Shown: one piece after another, positions 1 through 13,223 of the stretch
How the letters are laid out: each line of letters starts with the position of its first letter
How positions within the stretch are numbered: the first letter of the stretch is position 1
DNA from: Nemertoderma westbladi
Taxonomy: Eukaryota > Animalia > Xenacoelomorpha
NCBI GenBank assembly: GCA_032718475.1
Contig: JAUCBJ010007275.1
Span: 35,666 to 99,665, forward strand
Direction: 5' to 3'
DNA: 64,000 nt
Translations under genes and position numbers: made by a program
The notes under the pieces: generated by a model
Database searches by the model: none
Told to the model about the DNA's origin: nothing
Seen by the model: the letters and a program-made list of their open reading frames with translations, nothing else

Positions 1-697
1 GGTGAGTAATCTGAGAAGGTAATTGCGGAAGGATTTCGAGGTGGTTGTAACTCAAGTTGAGGGATCGCAATTGGTTCAAATTGCGAATAGAATCTGTTAG
101 ACTGTCAGTTCTTAATAAGTTATAGGAGAGATCAAGATGGGTTAGTTTGGGAGTCAAAAGAAGTGAAGAATCTAGCTGGTCGAATCTGTTATGACTGAGA
201 TGTAGTTCGGTTAACTGGTCCCAATTAGCGGGTGGGGCGCGATCACCACCACACTCACTGAGTAACTCGTAAGTGCTGTGAAGCATCCGGTAACAATCCA
301 AATACTTCAACCGCGAGCGAAGTTGGGTTAAACCAGCCACCAAGTTAATAGGTATTTTATTCAGAATTAGGCAGGTTAGGTTGGGTAAATGATGTAGCCG
401 GATTGGAGCTTGTATGGTGCTAGTGTGATGAACGAGTGACAAACTATCGCATTGAACAAAAGCTGAATGAAGACTGGATAAATGCCGTCTGTAGGCATCA
501 TCGTGAACACGGTGGTGGACAGCGCCAGAGTTTAAGGCATCAAAAGCTTCTCCAATAAACACCAATAACGAGGCTGAAATGTCTAAGTTATGGGGGTTTC
601 CCCTTTTTTCAATTAGAATTGTCAACCATTCTACATACTTGAGCGTGCTAACAGCAGCAACATCAAATTTAAACGGATAGCGATCCAGGGACGACAT
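1..697 (-). CDS. STK11IP: 5' part of an STK11-interacting protein (LIP1)-like leucine-rich-repeat gene; continues beyond the left edge
   Basis: Hand translation from ATG at 697 is open to base 1 (absent from the ORF track): MSSLDRYPF...SLSLVHH..APIRLHHLPNLTCLILNKIP...YELLSECGGDRAPPANWDQLTELHLSHNRFDQLDSSLLLTPKLTHLDLSYN...LRSLNLSYNHLEILPQL. ELLSxCGGD followed by W and LDSSL LRRs matches my recollection of STK11IP. Confidence 0.8.
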   Translation of the reverse strand, partial: MSSLDRYPFKFDVAAVSTLKYVEWLTILIEKRGNPHNLDISASLLVFIGEAFDALNSGAVHHRVHDDAYRRHLSSLHSAFVQCDSLSLVHHTSTIQAPIRLHHLPNLTCLILNKIPINLVAGLTQLRSRLKYLDCYRMLHSTYELLSECGGDRAPPANWDQLTELHLSHNRFDQLDSSLLLTPKLTHLDLSYNLLRTDSLTDSIRNLNQLRSLNLSYNHLEILPQLPSQITH

Positions 698-1790
698 AAT
701 AATATATAAATAAACAAAATAATCAGTGAATTCAGAATTAGTACCGTATAGCAAATTGGTCAAAAGAGACCTGAGAATGACACATGTTTAATGTTTATAA
801 CATAATATTGGTAGGTCACTTAGTCACTTAAGTAACATAGGGTTAAATTGCACACATTCATACTACACTACAGTACTACCTAGGCGTAATCGTAAAGACT
901 GATAAAATATTTACTGTCGATATCTGTATATTCCAAAATGTTACTATTATTACTTAGCCTTGCCTATATATATCATTTACTTACTCCTCGTTGTTTATAG
1001 CTCGTTAGGCCCTATTTTATTACTTTATTAGCTGAACCGGTAGGCCTACTCCCAATACTGCAATAAATCGACTCCCAGATTTACCGATTTACCTTTCCAA
1101 ACAAATTACGTTCTCATTTAAAAATCCAAATGAAACTATTTATTCTTAAATTGTTACTTTTTCGCTATAATATCAAATACACCTCAAAATCGGGAGAAAA
1201 GTGAGTACTTTTTTTCCCTCGGCAAACAAGTAACCCATACGATTGCATTGATCTTACTTTTTCTCCCGGCGAAAAAAGTAAAATAGGAAAATATTAAAGA
1301 TTTCTGGTTTGAATTTCTTAAATTTTATTATTTAGGGCCTAGGCCCCCTATGTGTTGGAAGAGCATCGTCATAGAAAAGGTTTGCGACTTTAGCGTCTGA
1401 CTGCAAGGGGAACTCCAAAACAGTTAAATAGGCTCTCTACTCTACTCTCTAGTAAGTAGCCTAATAAATATTCAAGAAAAATAATTTTTTTAAATCTGAG
1501 TCAGGCAGCATCAGGCTGTCAGGCTCAGGAGTTGAAGAGTACAATCATTGGAATCGCAGTAACTATGGAAGCAATATTTGAATAGGTCTATAGGCTATAG
1601 CAGTATAGTAAAATAGTGCAGTTCAATCTTTTTGCAACACACTTTCATTATATCTTGTATTAAAGAATTATAACAGTCGGGGAGAAGTTCAAATTTCAAC
1701 TGAGTTGAAATTTAAAACTTTTTTTTTTAAATTCAACTTTAAGTTGAAAATTCAACTCTAAAATGGTAGGAGGCCCAGAAGGCCCCTAAG

Positions 1791-2612
1791 TAGGGCTCGA
1801 TCGGAGTTGGGATTTGGCCGGAGCCGGAGCAGGAGTTGGACAATTTGGCCGGAGCCGGAGCAGGAGCCGGAGCAGGAGCCGGAGTTTTTCAAAAATTTTA
1901 AAAATTTAATTATTTATTTTAAAAAAAATAAAGTACCCGGTATGGTTATCGTTTGCCAATCGCTCATAATCAATCATACTGTCAGACTGTAGGTATAATT
2001 AATTTCATAATTTATAGATTTACGAATTTTCAATTTAAAATTTAAGTAATTAATTTATCACTGTATCATGGACAGACGGCCTGACGCTGACGGCGACGGC
2101 CTGATGCTGACGGCGACGGCCTGACGGCTAAAAATTACCTACAGTACCTACCTCCCTAACTGTCTAACTGTGGTAGAGGTGTGTACTGTAGGTAGCCTAC
2201 CGTACGTGTACCAGTAGGCCTACTGCAGTACAGTATGCTGGCATGACAGCAGTAAATGGCTGCAGTGGTACTGTCTGATAGTGTACAATCATAGCATTTA
2301 CAATTTTTTAAAGTAGGGCCTATCTGTCTGCTAGTCAGCCAGCTGGCCAGTACCAGTACTGCAGTACAGTCAGTCAGTCATTGACTTTAAGTAAATACTG
2401 CAGTATTATCAGATTATACTTGATATTGAAGCTGTAGGCCCTACTACAGTACTTATAGTGTTAAATAATTGTTCAGATTAGAATATGCACGAAATATAAT
2501 ACTTTATTAAAAAATTAACTCCGGCAATATTTTTACTGGAGCCGGAGCAGGAGCCGGAGGTGCCAAAATGGCCGGAGCCGGAGCCGGAGGCCGGAGCTCC
2601 GATCGAGCCCTA
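1791..2612. mobile_element. hAT-type MITE nested in the 1674-5072 element
   Basis: 16-bp TIR TAGGGCTCGATCGGAG / CTCCGATCGAGCCCTA. 8-bp TSD CCCCTAAG (1783-1790, 2613-2620). Subterminal GCCGGA arrays. Confidence 0.9.
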
Positions 2613-2885
2613 CCCCTAAGACGTGATGACAGAAGGAGAAGGCAGACTGGCAGAGTGGTGTTTTTATTGTTTTTAAGGATGTAGGCCTAAGCGTAAGGTA
2701 ACTCGAAAAATGAACCCTCATTACGATTACCCTGTTACCGATGGAATAAAAACTTTCACCGTTGGGATTACTTTTTTTTAAAACATTTTAAGTGATTACA
2801 TTTGGATAATAGCTGAAATACTATCAACTATCAGACTATACAGCTATAGGTCCTACACTGGAATTTATTAGACATATTAAATTAC

Positions 2886-4836
2886 CAGTCGGTGAGAAGT
2901 CAAAAATTGGACTTCAAGTCCAATTTTAGACTTCGAGTCCAATTTTAGACTTCGAGTCCAATTTTGGACTCCAAAGTCCAATATTGGACTTTAGTACAAC
3001 TCCAAGTGTACCCATACTGCCATACTGTATATCGGTATTTAAATCAAAACGGCATCCCGTATCAGTACATATATATTACATAATTACAATGCAACATTAT
3101 TTTAATGATCAAATTAATTATTATATGTATTATACTGTTATAAACAGGGATCGCACACGTACAGTCAGACATCAGTAGTTACTTTTTGCGGTAGTGGTAT
3201 AGCTTTGCACTTTGCGGTAGCCTTACTGCCTTAGCGGTGTATACCGCGGTAGCGTAGTTGAGTTATAGCTGTATAGTTCATTCATACCCACAGACCCATA
3301 CTGCCATACCTGTGGTATTTTCGTATGGCAAAAATAAGACTACTGTAAACTGTAACCTATTGTGTTATTGAGTTAATGTTTATTGACTAATTGTTTTGAT
3401 TAGGTTCACTGTATCAAGTAAAATGCACACATCTCTGCATCTCCAACCAGACACTATATAACATTGGAGTTGGAGGTGTCTCATTCAGTCATTGGTTCCC
3501 CCAAGCTTGACACTAGAACAAAGCCGCCTCCGCTTTGCAGGACATCGCTTTAAGCCGTGAGGACCAGCCAGTGCACCTCATGGAGTGAATAAGCATGGTG
3601 GACAGCCCATGACTTTCTTGAGACGCATCTTTCTTACTGTCTTAAAGGACACTGGCCTTGAAGATGCGGATGATCTAGCAAATGTCATAGGTGATAAGGC
3701 TGTAAGAGTGTAAGGGAGTTGTGGAGGCGCACTTTTCCCTGCTTTTGTCAACAAGCCGGCACAGCATTCTTAATACATTATAGGGCCTATATATATAATG
3801 CAGCTGCAATGAATCATGCCGATTGTAGTAGTAGTATGTGGTGAGGTTATAGGGCTCCTTCAATTGGTAAAGTCAAAAGTGGGCGTTTATTGTTTTAGTT
3901 AGAAAAGCCTGCCTCTGTAACCTGTTCCTTTCCCTCAATTGGTTTATGATTATGACGTGTGTTACTTGTTACTTCTGTACTTATTATGTGGAGACCCCAA
4001 CACGTTAATCAGTTACTAATCCCATTTCATTATCCTGTTATCCAGCCGTTTTATAATACCCTCCCTGTTGTATGGAAAATTAGAAGAGATGGTGGTAGCA
4101 TCAACTTGTAGTATTTCTTTCTGATAGGGCTCCCATAGCCTTAGACGAAATCATAGCTTGTACTGTAGTTAGCCTTAGCAGCAGCTGCAGTTGGCTAACC
4201 TGGCATTGCTACCAGTATCCACCAAATATAATTTGTAATTAAATATTTGTTGGAGCATAATCTAATCTAGTCCTAAAGACACTATAAAGTCCTGGGTACA
4301 TAAGGCTGTAAGGTTAGACATAACATGAATGTAAATTGTAAACTAAACAATATGCTAAAAGTAAAGTACAAAGTACCTAGAATGCTAGAATGTACCATTA
4401 TATTCTAAGTACAGTACAGTCATTACACTGCAGGCAGATACATACAGAGCTGCAAAGGTAACTTTCCATAATTTAACAGCTGTCTGGCTGTCTCTCATCT
4501 GTCATGCTTCATGTACCTTTAAGTTCGATTCTCAATGTCACGTCCAAAATTGGACTTAAAGTCCAATATTGGACTTTTGTAAAAATTCAAAGCCTTATAA
4601 AAAAAGTTCCCCCTGGCTGCCTGGTGAATTTCAGGTCCCCCTGTTCAAAACTCTTATTTTTTGATATATTTTCGATTAAAGAAAAAAAATCCCGCCCGAT
4701 CCAATTACCCAAGGCCCTGGAACAATTGGCTGATTTGAAGTCCAATATTGGACTCACAGAAGTCCAATTTTGGACTTGAACTGGAGTCGAAGTCCAATTT
4801 TGGACTCAAGTCCAATTTTTGACTTCTCACCGACTG
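2886..4836. mobile_element. Second CAGTCGG-ended TIR element, related to and nested in 1674-5072
   Basis: TIR CAGTCGGTGAGAAGTCAAAAATTGGACTT / AAGTCCAATTTTTGACTTCTCACCGACTG. Subterminal AGTCCAATTTTGGACT repeats. No clear TSD. Confidence 0.75.
3421..3835 (+). mobile_element. Decayed 3' fragment of an RTE-like non-LTR retrotransposon (same family as 33072-33590)
   Basis: Aligns by eye with 33240-33590, with several small insertions, and ends in a (TAG)n tail. Confidence 0.7.
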
Positions 4837-5934
4837 ACGGTATCTCTGTCAGTCTGCAGTCTGTAGGCTATGTCATAATTATTACCGTATATAATACTGT
4901 AATAAAATCCAAGTGATGGATTCCAAATCGATATTTAAGTATTTCAAAACCTAGGCCTACTCAAAAAGTTGAATAAAAAAAAGTTGAATTTTAAATCCTA
5001 CTTCAAAAGTTGAATTTTAAAAAATAAAGTTGAAATTTGAACTCAGTTGAATATAGAACTTCTCCCCGACTGTATAACACTTTTTCGTTATATAGGCCTA
5101 TATTTTATTAAAGAATTAGGCCTATAAAACCAACAAAAAAGTACAAATTTAAGAATAATTAATTAATTATGTATTACTGTATTACATGTAAAAAAAATGT
5201 AGAACGTTCAATTTTTCAATATTTTTTTGTCCCTTTGCCTTTATTAACCTCGATGGCGCTCTCAGGCTCTCACTCTGTAAATAAAATGCAGAAATGCTTC
5301 GAGCTCGAGGCTCAAGCATAGTGAAAAGTTATACTTTTTTTTCCCCAAAAATAAATAATTATTTAGTTGGAAATTAATTGAATAAAATGGATACGGTATT
5401 ACAGTATTAGGCCTACAGTATTAATTCCATATCCATAAACAATAAACATCAGAACATTACAATTTATTGTATTATACTGTCAGACTGTTATAATTAATGG
5501 ATTAGCCTAAATAAAAGAGAGTATAAACAGATAAACGAGGTAATATAAGGTCATTGTATATGGCTGTATGGTGAAATATGAAGTATATACCTGTCTGCCT
5601 GTATACCCCGGTACGGTACCGGTACTGTACTGCTGTACCGGTCAGCCGGTAGGTGAAATGAGATAAAAATACTGTAAATAAACACTCTGAGTCTGGAGTG
5701 AATAGTCTGGAACAATATAGGTAAAAATAACTGTTTTTGAGGTAGAAAATAACTATTCAAATACGAAATAATCGGTCAAAAAATAAGCAAATTCCAGAAT
5801 TCGGCATTTCCATTCTACCATTTAGTCAGTTAGTAGGCCTAGACATTTAGAGGATTAAAAACAGAAAAACAAGGCCTAAATCTGTAAATCGTAAATCTAC
5901 CTTCAATAATTATTTAATTACCAACTACAGAACT

Positions 5935-8870
5935 ATTTTTTTTTTTATTTATTTCTGAACAATTTACTACATTTCTACATACAATGTAGAATGTAGACGG
6001 TGGTTGGACGGGTAGGCCCATTACACCAGCCACCGTTAGCACTCAACAATTGTAGCTGCACTAAGAAACGCATTACAAAAACAAATAACCGACAAATCTA
6101 CTGTACGATCGAGTATCATAGTAATCAAGCGTAAGTAATTGCAACTATAAAACAACCAACCTACTGTAGTTACGATTATACTGCCGCACTGCATTATACT
6201 GCAATAATTATATAAGTGCACTTTTAATTATAGAGGAATAATCCTAAACAATACATATCTAATTAGTTGGTGTGGAAACGAAAATAGAAAACTGTAATTC
6301 GGATACAAACCTAAAATTGAAATATAAAACAAAGTTCTAACTAAGATAATATCTATGCAACAACAATACGGTACTCTATATACAGTGATCTGTATTGTAA
6401 GCATCTATCTAACAATACGGTACGTAATCTAATATATTTGTAACAATAGAAAGTGTAACAGTTTTGTTTAGCGTGTACATGTAAAATAGAAAATACATAA
6501 ATAATAATAAAATGCATGTAGAAAACACAGTGTTATTGCTCTGAAGCGAGCAGTTTAGTTATGGCGTTTTTAAATAAATTTACTGAATTAGCGTTTCGTA
6601 AAGAAGAAGGCAGGGTGTTCAAGACCTCTGGTGCGCGCACTCTGATTGATTGTCTAGCAATCTCAAGGCGTGTGCGTGGTACCATATAGTTATTATTGGC
6701 TGCCGATCGCGTTTGGTGTTCATGTGTTGTTGATATGAGAGTGAGTAGAGAAGGGAATATGTCAGATGGTAATAGTTTATGTATGTAGCTGTAGCTTAGT
6801 ATTGTTATCTGTTTTATACTAGAACGCCATCAAGATGGCTTTAAACGAACCTGTCTTACACAGACTCCAAGAAACAGATGGGATTGGAAGATGCAAACCA
6901 AGAATGACTTGCATCAACCAAAAAACTGCCTCCCATCTAATGTAATACACATTCGCCTAGGCAAACAAATCATAATCACAATTACTACGATGATGTGTGA
7001 AATGGTATCCATATCCGCAACCTGAGAAACGGCCCAAAAGAGCAGTTTATTCTGCGGAGGGGTCTTTTCTGTATTAGATAAATAAAATAAAGAACACTAT
7101 AATTACAGTATTTATACCTGATACATTCTCAGTTAGCCTAATAAAAACATCGGAGCAACCAATATAATGTACATGTACAAGCATCCTATGAAAGTTTGTG
7201 AAATGTTCCCTTAAGTCTACCCAACAGCCGTTGGTACCCGGCTGGCAGCCACCCTGGTTCAGTTTTATGGTTTTGTTAGTTTAATCGACAGCTGTTGTAA
7301 ACGTCCCAGATATACAAAACCTACTAAGCCTTTGCATTACAATTGAGCTTAGCCTAAGTCGATGACAGTATTATAACGATGACAATTAGGCCCTATAGAT
7401 ACATACGATATATAAATGATGTACTGCTTGACATTACACTAACTGGCTGAATAGAGATAGAACTATAATAATACGTTTGGCATTCTGTCAGATTTCAGTA
7501 GTAAGTAACCTCATAATAATTGCTAAATATCAATCACCTGAAAAACATTTCAAGCAAGGGAGTTGTGGGTATTTAATTTCGCGTTCAATAATGTTGAAAA
7601 TATGCAAATATTTCGAATATCGCACTTCGAATCGTTCCCAACTTTTTTATTCAACAACTAGACAACAATTGATAAATACTTGCGTTTACAATTTTACAAT
7701 GCATGCAAGTGGTTTCAAGCCATTTGGTGAACATACATAGTGAGTGATATATATAGGTAAATATATCCATCGTGTTTTTGCCGGCCTCAGCTTTAGACAA
7801 AAACTACCCAGTCTAAAGACAGGTTCGTTATAAATAGATCGTATTGTAAGTGGAGTGAAGTCTGTGTTGCCTTTTGATACGACAATATTCTGGGCTCTCT
7901 GTTGCAGTTTGTGCAAGGTTGAAACATTAGTAGTGAGTTTGTCTGTTGGTTTTCGTCGCTTATGTCGATGTCTGTAGTGTTTGTTTGTAGGTCTGTTGGT
8001 GTCGGTGTTTATGGTTTTATACGATTTTGCTGCCCACACAGTATTGCAGTACATCAGATACGGAGCTATCATCGTATTGTATAATACTATTAATGTTTTT
8101 GATGTGACCCACAATTTTTTATTTTATTTATTATGCCAATATTACGACTGATTTTGATACGTAGATAGTCACAGTGATTTTTCCAAGTCAGGTGTTCATC
8201 AATGTTGACACCCAGGAATTTGATAACTTTTTGTCGCTTAATTGTATTTCCGTTAATTGTTACAGCAGGTAGTGTGTTTAAGTCTAGCATTTTGTTTTGA
8301 GTTCGAAAAATAATGAAATTAGATTTTTTTATATTTAGAGACAGTCGGTTCAGTTGAAACCACTTTGTTAGTTTATCCAACTCATTGTTAATATCTGTAA
8401 TCAGTGAGTTTAGGTCTGCACTGGATTTAAACATATTCGTATCGTCAGCGTACAAAATGAATTTAGAAATGTTGGATACTGAGGGTAGGTCATTACAGTA
8501 GATTATAAATAACAAAGGGCTCAGAAGCGACCCTTGTGGTAATCCTATTACAATTGTGGAGTACTTTGATTGCGCTGTACCTACTGTCAGACTGTAACAT
8601 ATTGCACTCGATCTGTAAGGTAACTTGTGATCCAGACCAGCGCTGTATCAGTTATCCCGTAGCGTTGTAGTTTCTGTATCAGTATTTTGTGGTTAACTGT
8701 GTCGAAGGCTTTAGATAAATCCAAAGACACTCCGACACAGTATTCACCCTTGTCTAATGCGTCTGTGATGTTTTCTAGTAAGGTGAGTAAGGCATGCTGT
8801 GTAGAGCGTTTATTTCTGAAACCAAATTGATCAGGTGTAAGGATTGCCTGTCTAACTTTGCTTGTCTAAC
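5935..8870 (-). mobile_element. 5'-truncated CR1/L2-group LINE (RT pseudogene) with a ~1 kb internal insertion
   Basis: Minus-strand RT motifs DLSKAFDTVNH, GLPQGSLLSPLLFIIYCNDL, YADD, KFLGVNID (ORFs 8090-8515, 7686-8114). C-terminal HQTRS...NTLPSSLR at ~6550-6800. A-rich tail near 5935. Confidence 0.8.
6844..7829. mobile_element. Putative TIR insertion interrupting the LINE
   Basis: Inverted AACGAACCTGTCTT (6844) / AAGACAGGTTCGTT (ends 7829) bracket non-LINE sequence between two LINE coding segments. Confidence 0.45.
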
Positions 8871-9223
8871 TGCTTGCCTAACTAGTACTCAACGGGTGTT
8901 TGAAAAAGGTGGACTGGCAGACTGGACACAGAAAACATGGATAACGGACAGACCAATCAGAAACGTATTATGCAAAGCAGTTTGTAGCAAAAAAAAGGTG
9001 GACTGGACAGGACACATGCACAAAAACATAGATAATAGCTGAATAGTCTGACCAATCAGAAACGTATTAAAGCAATGCTATTTATTAGTGATTGGACTGT
9101 CCACCTTTTTCAGGTTTCAATTATCTATCTACAGTATAATGGGCAGATGGGCATGCTCTGGAAGCAGCTACCCCCTCCCCCCCCCCCCCCCCGCCGCGCA
9201 GATTGTCCCCCTATAGACTTACA

Positions 9224-11058
9224 CCCAGTAAAAAATCCACATGCGTAACGCATTCGTCCCACATGCAGCATTCGTAAAAGGTGCGTACAATGTTATTTAA
9301 GATTCGTGAAGCCTTCGTCGATGGTTCGTCAGTCCGAATAATTTAACGAATGCGTATATGATTCGTATCGCATGTGAGATTTCACTTGTAAATATATTCG
9401 TGGCTCATCATTCGTGGCACATGCGATACGAATGCTTCCACTCCACACAAAAAATAATTCGTGGTTCATTCGTTCGTGGCACATGCGATACGAATGCTTA
9501 GCCACGCCACGCTTAAAATTATTCGTGGTCCATTCGTGACGCATGCGATACGCATGCAAAGCACTCTCAATTGGAGTACCGTACAGACTGTAATACTGGC
9601 CAATCACCATTCGGCAAATAATCGAACATAGTGTTATTAGTTAGTAGCTCTCCCCCTTTGTTACCAGTCAGCCAGTCCCATGTACTTTTACTATATATTA
9701 TTTAATGGGTTGCCCAGTAATTCTTAACACCCGTTTATTATTTTGGTTCCCCATTATTTTGGTATGTAAACCTGTTCCCTTTACCAACATGCTTGATATA
9801 CTGTAATAATGTAAAGGTAGGCTAGGTGAGATAAATAATGACAACATAAAACTACTGTATTAACATAAGGAACTACAGTATGTAGGCATACTTATAGTAT
9901 GTAGGCACACACCCCCCCCCCCCCCCCCCCCCCACCCGTAGTTTTAGCCCCTGTACAGTAGTACTATTTCCCAAAGTTATTACAGTAGTTTTATGTTGTC
10001 ATTATTTATCTCACCTGGCCTACAGTACAGTACCAAATACATATTATAAAGCATGTGGCATTTTTATTAAATTGTACGTGTGTATGGTGATATTCTCACA
10101 CAGTTTCTTAGGCCTCCAGGTCGAATTTGTTTAATTCGCTATAAAACGCCATTAAAAAGTCTACTGATATACTGTAGCAGTTAATTACCGGTAACTGCTA
10201 CAGTAGGATCTACACTTATTAATGGTAAAAAAACCTTACAGACAAAATAGATCAAAGGCATACATTTTATGAGATGCATCAACATAATTTCAATGTTTTT
10301 TTACTATATTCTAGAATATTAATTCGCTTTTTTTCGATAATAAGTAATAAAATATATATATAATAATAATAAAAATATATATATAATAATAATAAAAATA
10401 TATATAATAATAAAATAATATAATATAATATAATAATAAAATAATATAATATAATATAATAATAAAATAATATAATAATAAAATATCATAAAAAATAATA
10501 AACCATCAATAATAATTAATAAGATTAATTATAAGCTTGAAATTAATATTTTAGATAATAAAATCATCAGAACTATAACGATTTACGTCTGAAATTGCGT
10601 GCTCTTGAATTATATCTGAACATTTTTTTTGGGAAATTGAAAATGGCTTTCATATTCGATTCGGAATATATCAAGTATATTCAAAAAAATAATATAAAAT
10701 GGACACGTTTTAACAGTTGTAAACTGTTAAAACTATGTAAACTGTAGCGAAATAATAAAAAAAAATAAAAATCCTGCGGTAAACATTCGTAAAGCGTGGG
10801 AAACATTCGTATATAACATGCGGGACGCATTCGTATAGTGTGCGGGAAACATTCGTATAAGATTAGGGACGCATTCGTAGAATGTGCGGGATTCGAATAA
10901 GGTTCGTATTACATTCGATATGCGAATAAAGGATGCGTATTTGGTTCGGTTTTCGCATTCGTATCGCATGGTTCATCTATGTAACATTTCAGAATGCGTT
11001 ACGAATGCGTGAAATATGCGCCATTCCCATGCGTTACGAATGCTGATTTTTTACTGGG
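9224..11058. mobile_element. EnSpm/CMC-like non-autonomous DNA transposon
   Basis: TIR CCCAGTAAAAAATC / GATTTTTTACTGGG. 2-bp CA on both flanks. Many subterminal CATTCG/CGAATG repeats. Internal (AAT/AT)n microsatellite at ~10345-10520. Confidence 0.75.
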
Positions 11059-11584
11059 CAGTATAATAATTGTAGGTCTAACGTCTGAACGTACCGTACA
11101 GCACTTTAACTTGGATTTATTGCAGTATTGCATTAGGCCTTATTGCTTATGGCCTCTTACTTATTCTGATATGGCAGTGATTTTTTTTGTCCTTTTATTT
11201 GACTTTTTTTGTGCATAATGAATGTGCATAACGAATTGTGCATAATGACTTTTGTTGTCCCTTTAATGACTTTTGTTGTCCTTTTAATGACTTTTTATGT
11301 ATGTATTTCTTAAAACTGTCAGACTGCTGATTTCTGGACTGTCAGACAGTTGATTTCAACATGCGTATGCCACAACATTCAAAATTTGCTGATTTCTGGT
11401 CTGTCGGACAGTTGGTTTCACTATGCCTGTGCCAAAACAATCCATGATTCCATGATTCATAGTCTATGAGATAGATTTCCATATGCGCCTGTGGTAAAAG
11501 ACTCTAAAATTTAATAGTTTGTGGTTGTTGTCGATAATCGATTACCACATGATGTAGCAAAACACTCATTTTATAGCCAAAAAC

Positions 11585-12117
11585 AATTACCAATTGATGG
11601 AAAGGAGCAGGTTAAGGCCGGATTTTTTTAACCAAAACAATAAACAGTCACTTTACCAAATGAAGGAAAGGAGCAGGTTACAGAGGCGGGCCTTTCTAAC
11701 CAAAACAATAAACGATCATTTAACTAATTGAGGGAAACGAGCAGGTTACAGAGGCGGGATTTTCTAACCAAAACAATAAACAGTCACTTTACCAAATCAG
11801 GGAAAGGAGCAGGTTACAGAGACGGGATTTTCTATCCAAAACAATAAACGATAACATTACCAATTGAGAGAAAGGAGCAGGTTACAGAGGCGGGATTTCC
11901 TAACCAAAACAATAAACGATCACTTAACTAATTGAGGGAAAGGGGTAGGTTACAGAGGCGGGATTTTCTAACCAAAACAATAAACAGTCACTTTACAAAA
12001 TGAAAGAAATGAGCAGGTTACAGAGGCGGGCCTTTCTAACCAAAACAATAAACGGTCACTTTACCATATCAGGGAAAGGAGCAGGTTAGAGAGGCGGGAT
12101 TTTCTAACCAAAACAAC
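11585..12117 (+). repeat. ~60-bp tandem repeat (about 9 units)
   Basis: Unit GGAAAGGAGCAGGTTACAGAGGCGGGATTTTCTAACCAAAACAATAAAC.... Reverse-complement copies at ~3860-3945 and ~13400-13480. Confidence 0.85.
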
Positions 12118-13024
12118 CGGTCAGCCGGTAGGCCTACCAGTACCGCATTTAAATGGTTGGCTACACAGTAGGCCTACAGCAGTACCGGTGCCGGTACCGG
12201 TACTAAAATACCTAAAATACCTGCTTTATACAGTACAGGCCACCAGAAAACGCAGATTTGTACAATTGTGAACACATTTTATCAAATGTGTACCAGTGTA
12301 ATGTAATGTTGTTGAACGGGACAATTGAACATAATTGAACATAACTGAATTGGCAACAACCAAAATTTTTTCGCCAAAGGATACAATTGAATACTTTTGA
12401 AACGCTTAGTAATCTGGAAACTCTCTGTAGTTTGCCGCTAGCTGTTACTCACTGCAGCTGGAAATGCGATAAGGATATTGTTTACCTTTATAGTGTGCGG
12501 TTAATAGTGTCTAGTAGGCAGGCCTATAGTTAGTGATGTTAAGGCATCTTCTGGTGTTTCTCTGTGCCCTCTCGGTGTCAGACTAATGGCGCGACATCTC
12601 CCTGCACTAAATTAATTATTCAATGGTCTAGGCTCCTCTATCCATATACCCATCCACTCCATGAACATTAACATTGTGCGGTTAGTAGTGTCTATATACA
12701 CTCCATGAACCTCCATGTGGTCTTGTATGTAGTTCTCTCTCTACCAATACAGCCCATGTCCGCAATGTTACGCCCTGGGGGCTCTCTCATCTACCTGATA
12801 TCAGACATACAGTACATTCGCACCACACACAAAGCCTTTGTCGGTCCCAGCAAGTCAGCCTCCTGATGTGTGATCTAGAAGATAACTCGCCATAACCTGC
12901 CAATCAGATGACTTGAACAACAAATGTGTTCACATGTGATCACATTGGATGAAATCTGCTTTTTCTGGTGGCTTGTACTGTACCTACATCTGTACATGCA
13001 ATACTGCAAAATAGTGCTCTATAT

Positions 13025-13223
13025 ACTAATACCGGTACTGATAGCCAGAGCGAACAGCAGTAGAGAAACCGGTAGCATGGAACCTAACGGTAAATATCTG
13101 GAGGACATAAAAAGTAAAAAAAAAACTAATACCGGTACTGATAGCCTGAGAGAACAGCAGTAGAGAAACCGGTAGCATGGAACCTAACGGTAGATTTCTG
13201 GAGGACATAAAAAGTAAAAAAAA
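13025..13223 (+). repeat. 100-bp tandem duplication
   Basis: ACTAATACCGGTACTGATAGCC...GGAGGACATAAAAAGTAAAAAAA occurs twice (13025, 13125). Confidence 0.85.

Larger units (their letters stand above)
1674..5072. mobile_element. Non-autonomous TIR DNA transposon with CAG...CTG ends and a 5-bp TSD; hosts nested insertions
   Basis: TIR CAGTCGGGGAGAAGTTC (1674) / GAACTTCTCCCCGACTG (ends 5072). Subterminal TTCAACT/AGTTGAA repeats. TATAA on both flanks (1669-1673, 5073-5077). Confidence 0.8.

Noticed and set aside
1807-1992. PEPEQE-repeat ORF and the 29731-30012 GENVFVL-repeat ORF
   Set aside because: These are translations of MITE subterminal repeats and a minisatellite.
11585-12117. CRISPR-like array (also considered for 14860-15020)
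   Set aside because: Head-to-tail repeats without unique spacers, eukaryotic context and no cas genes.
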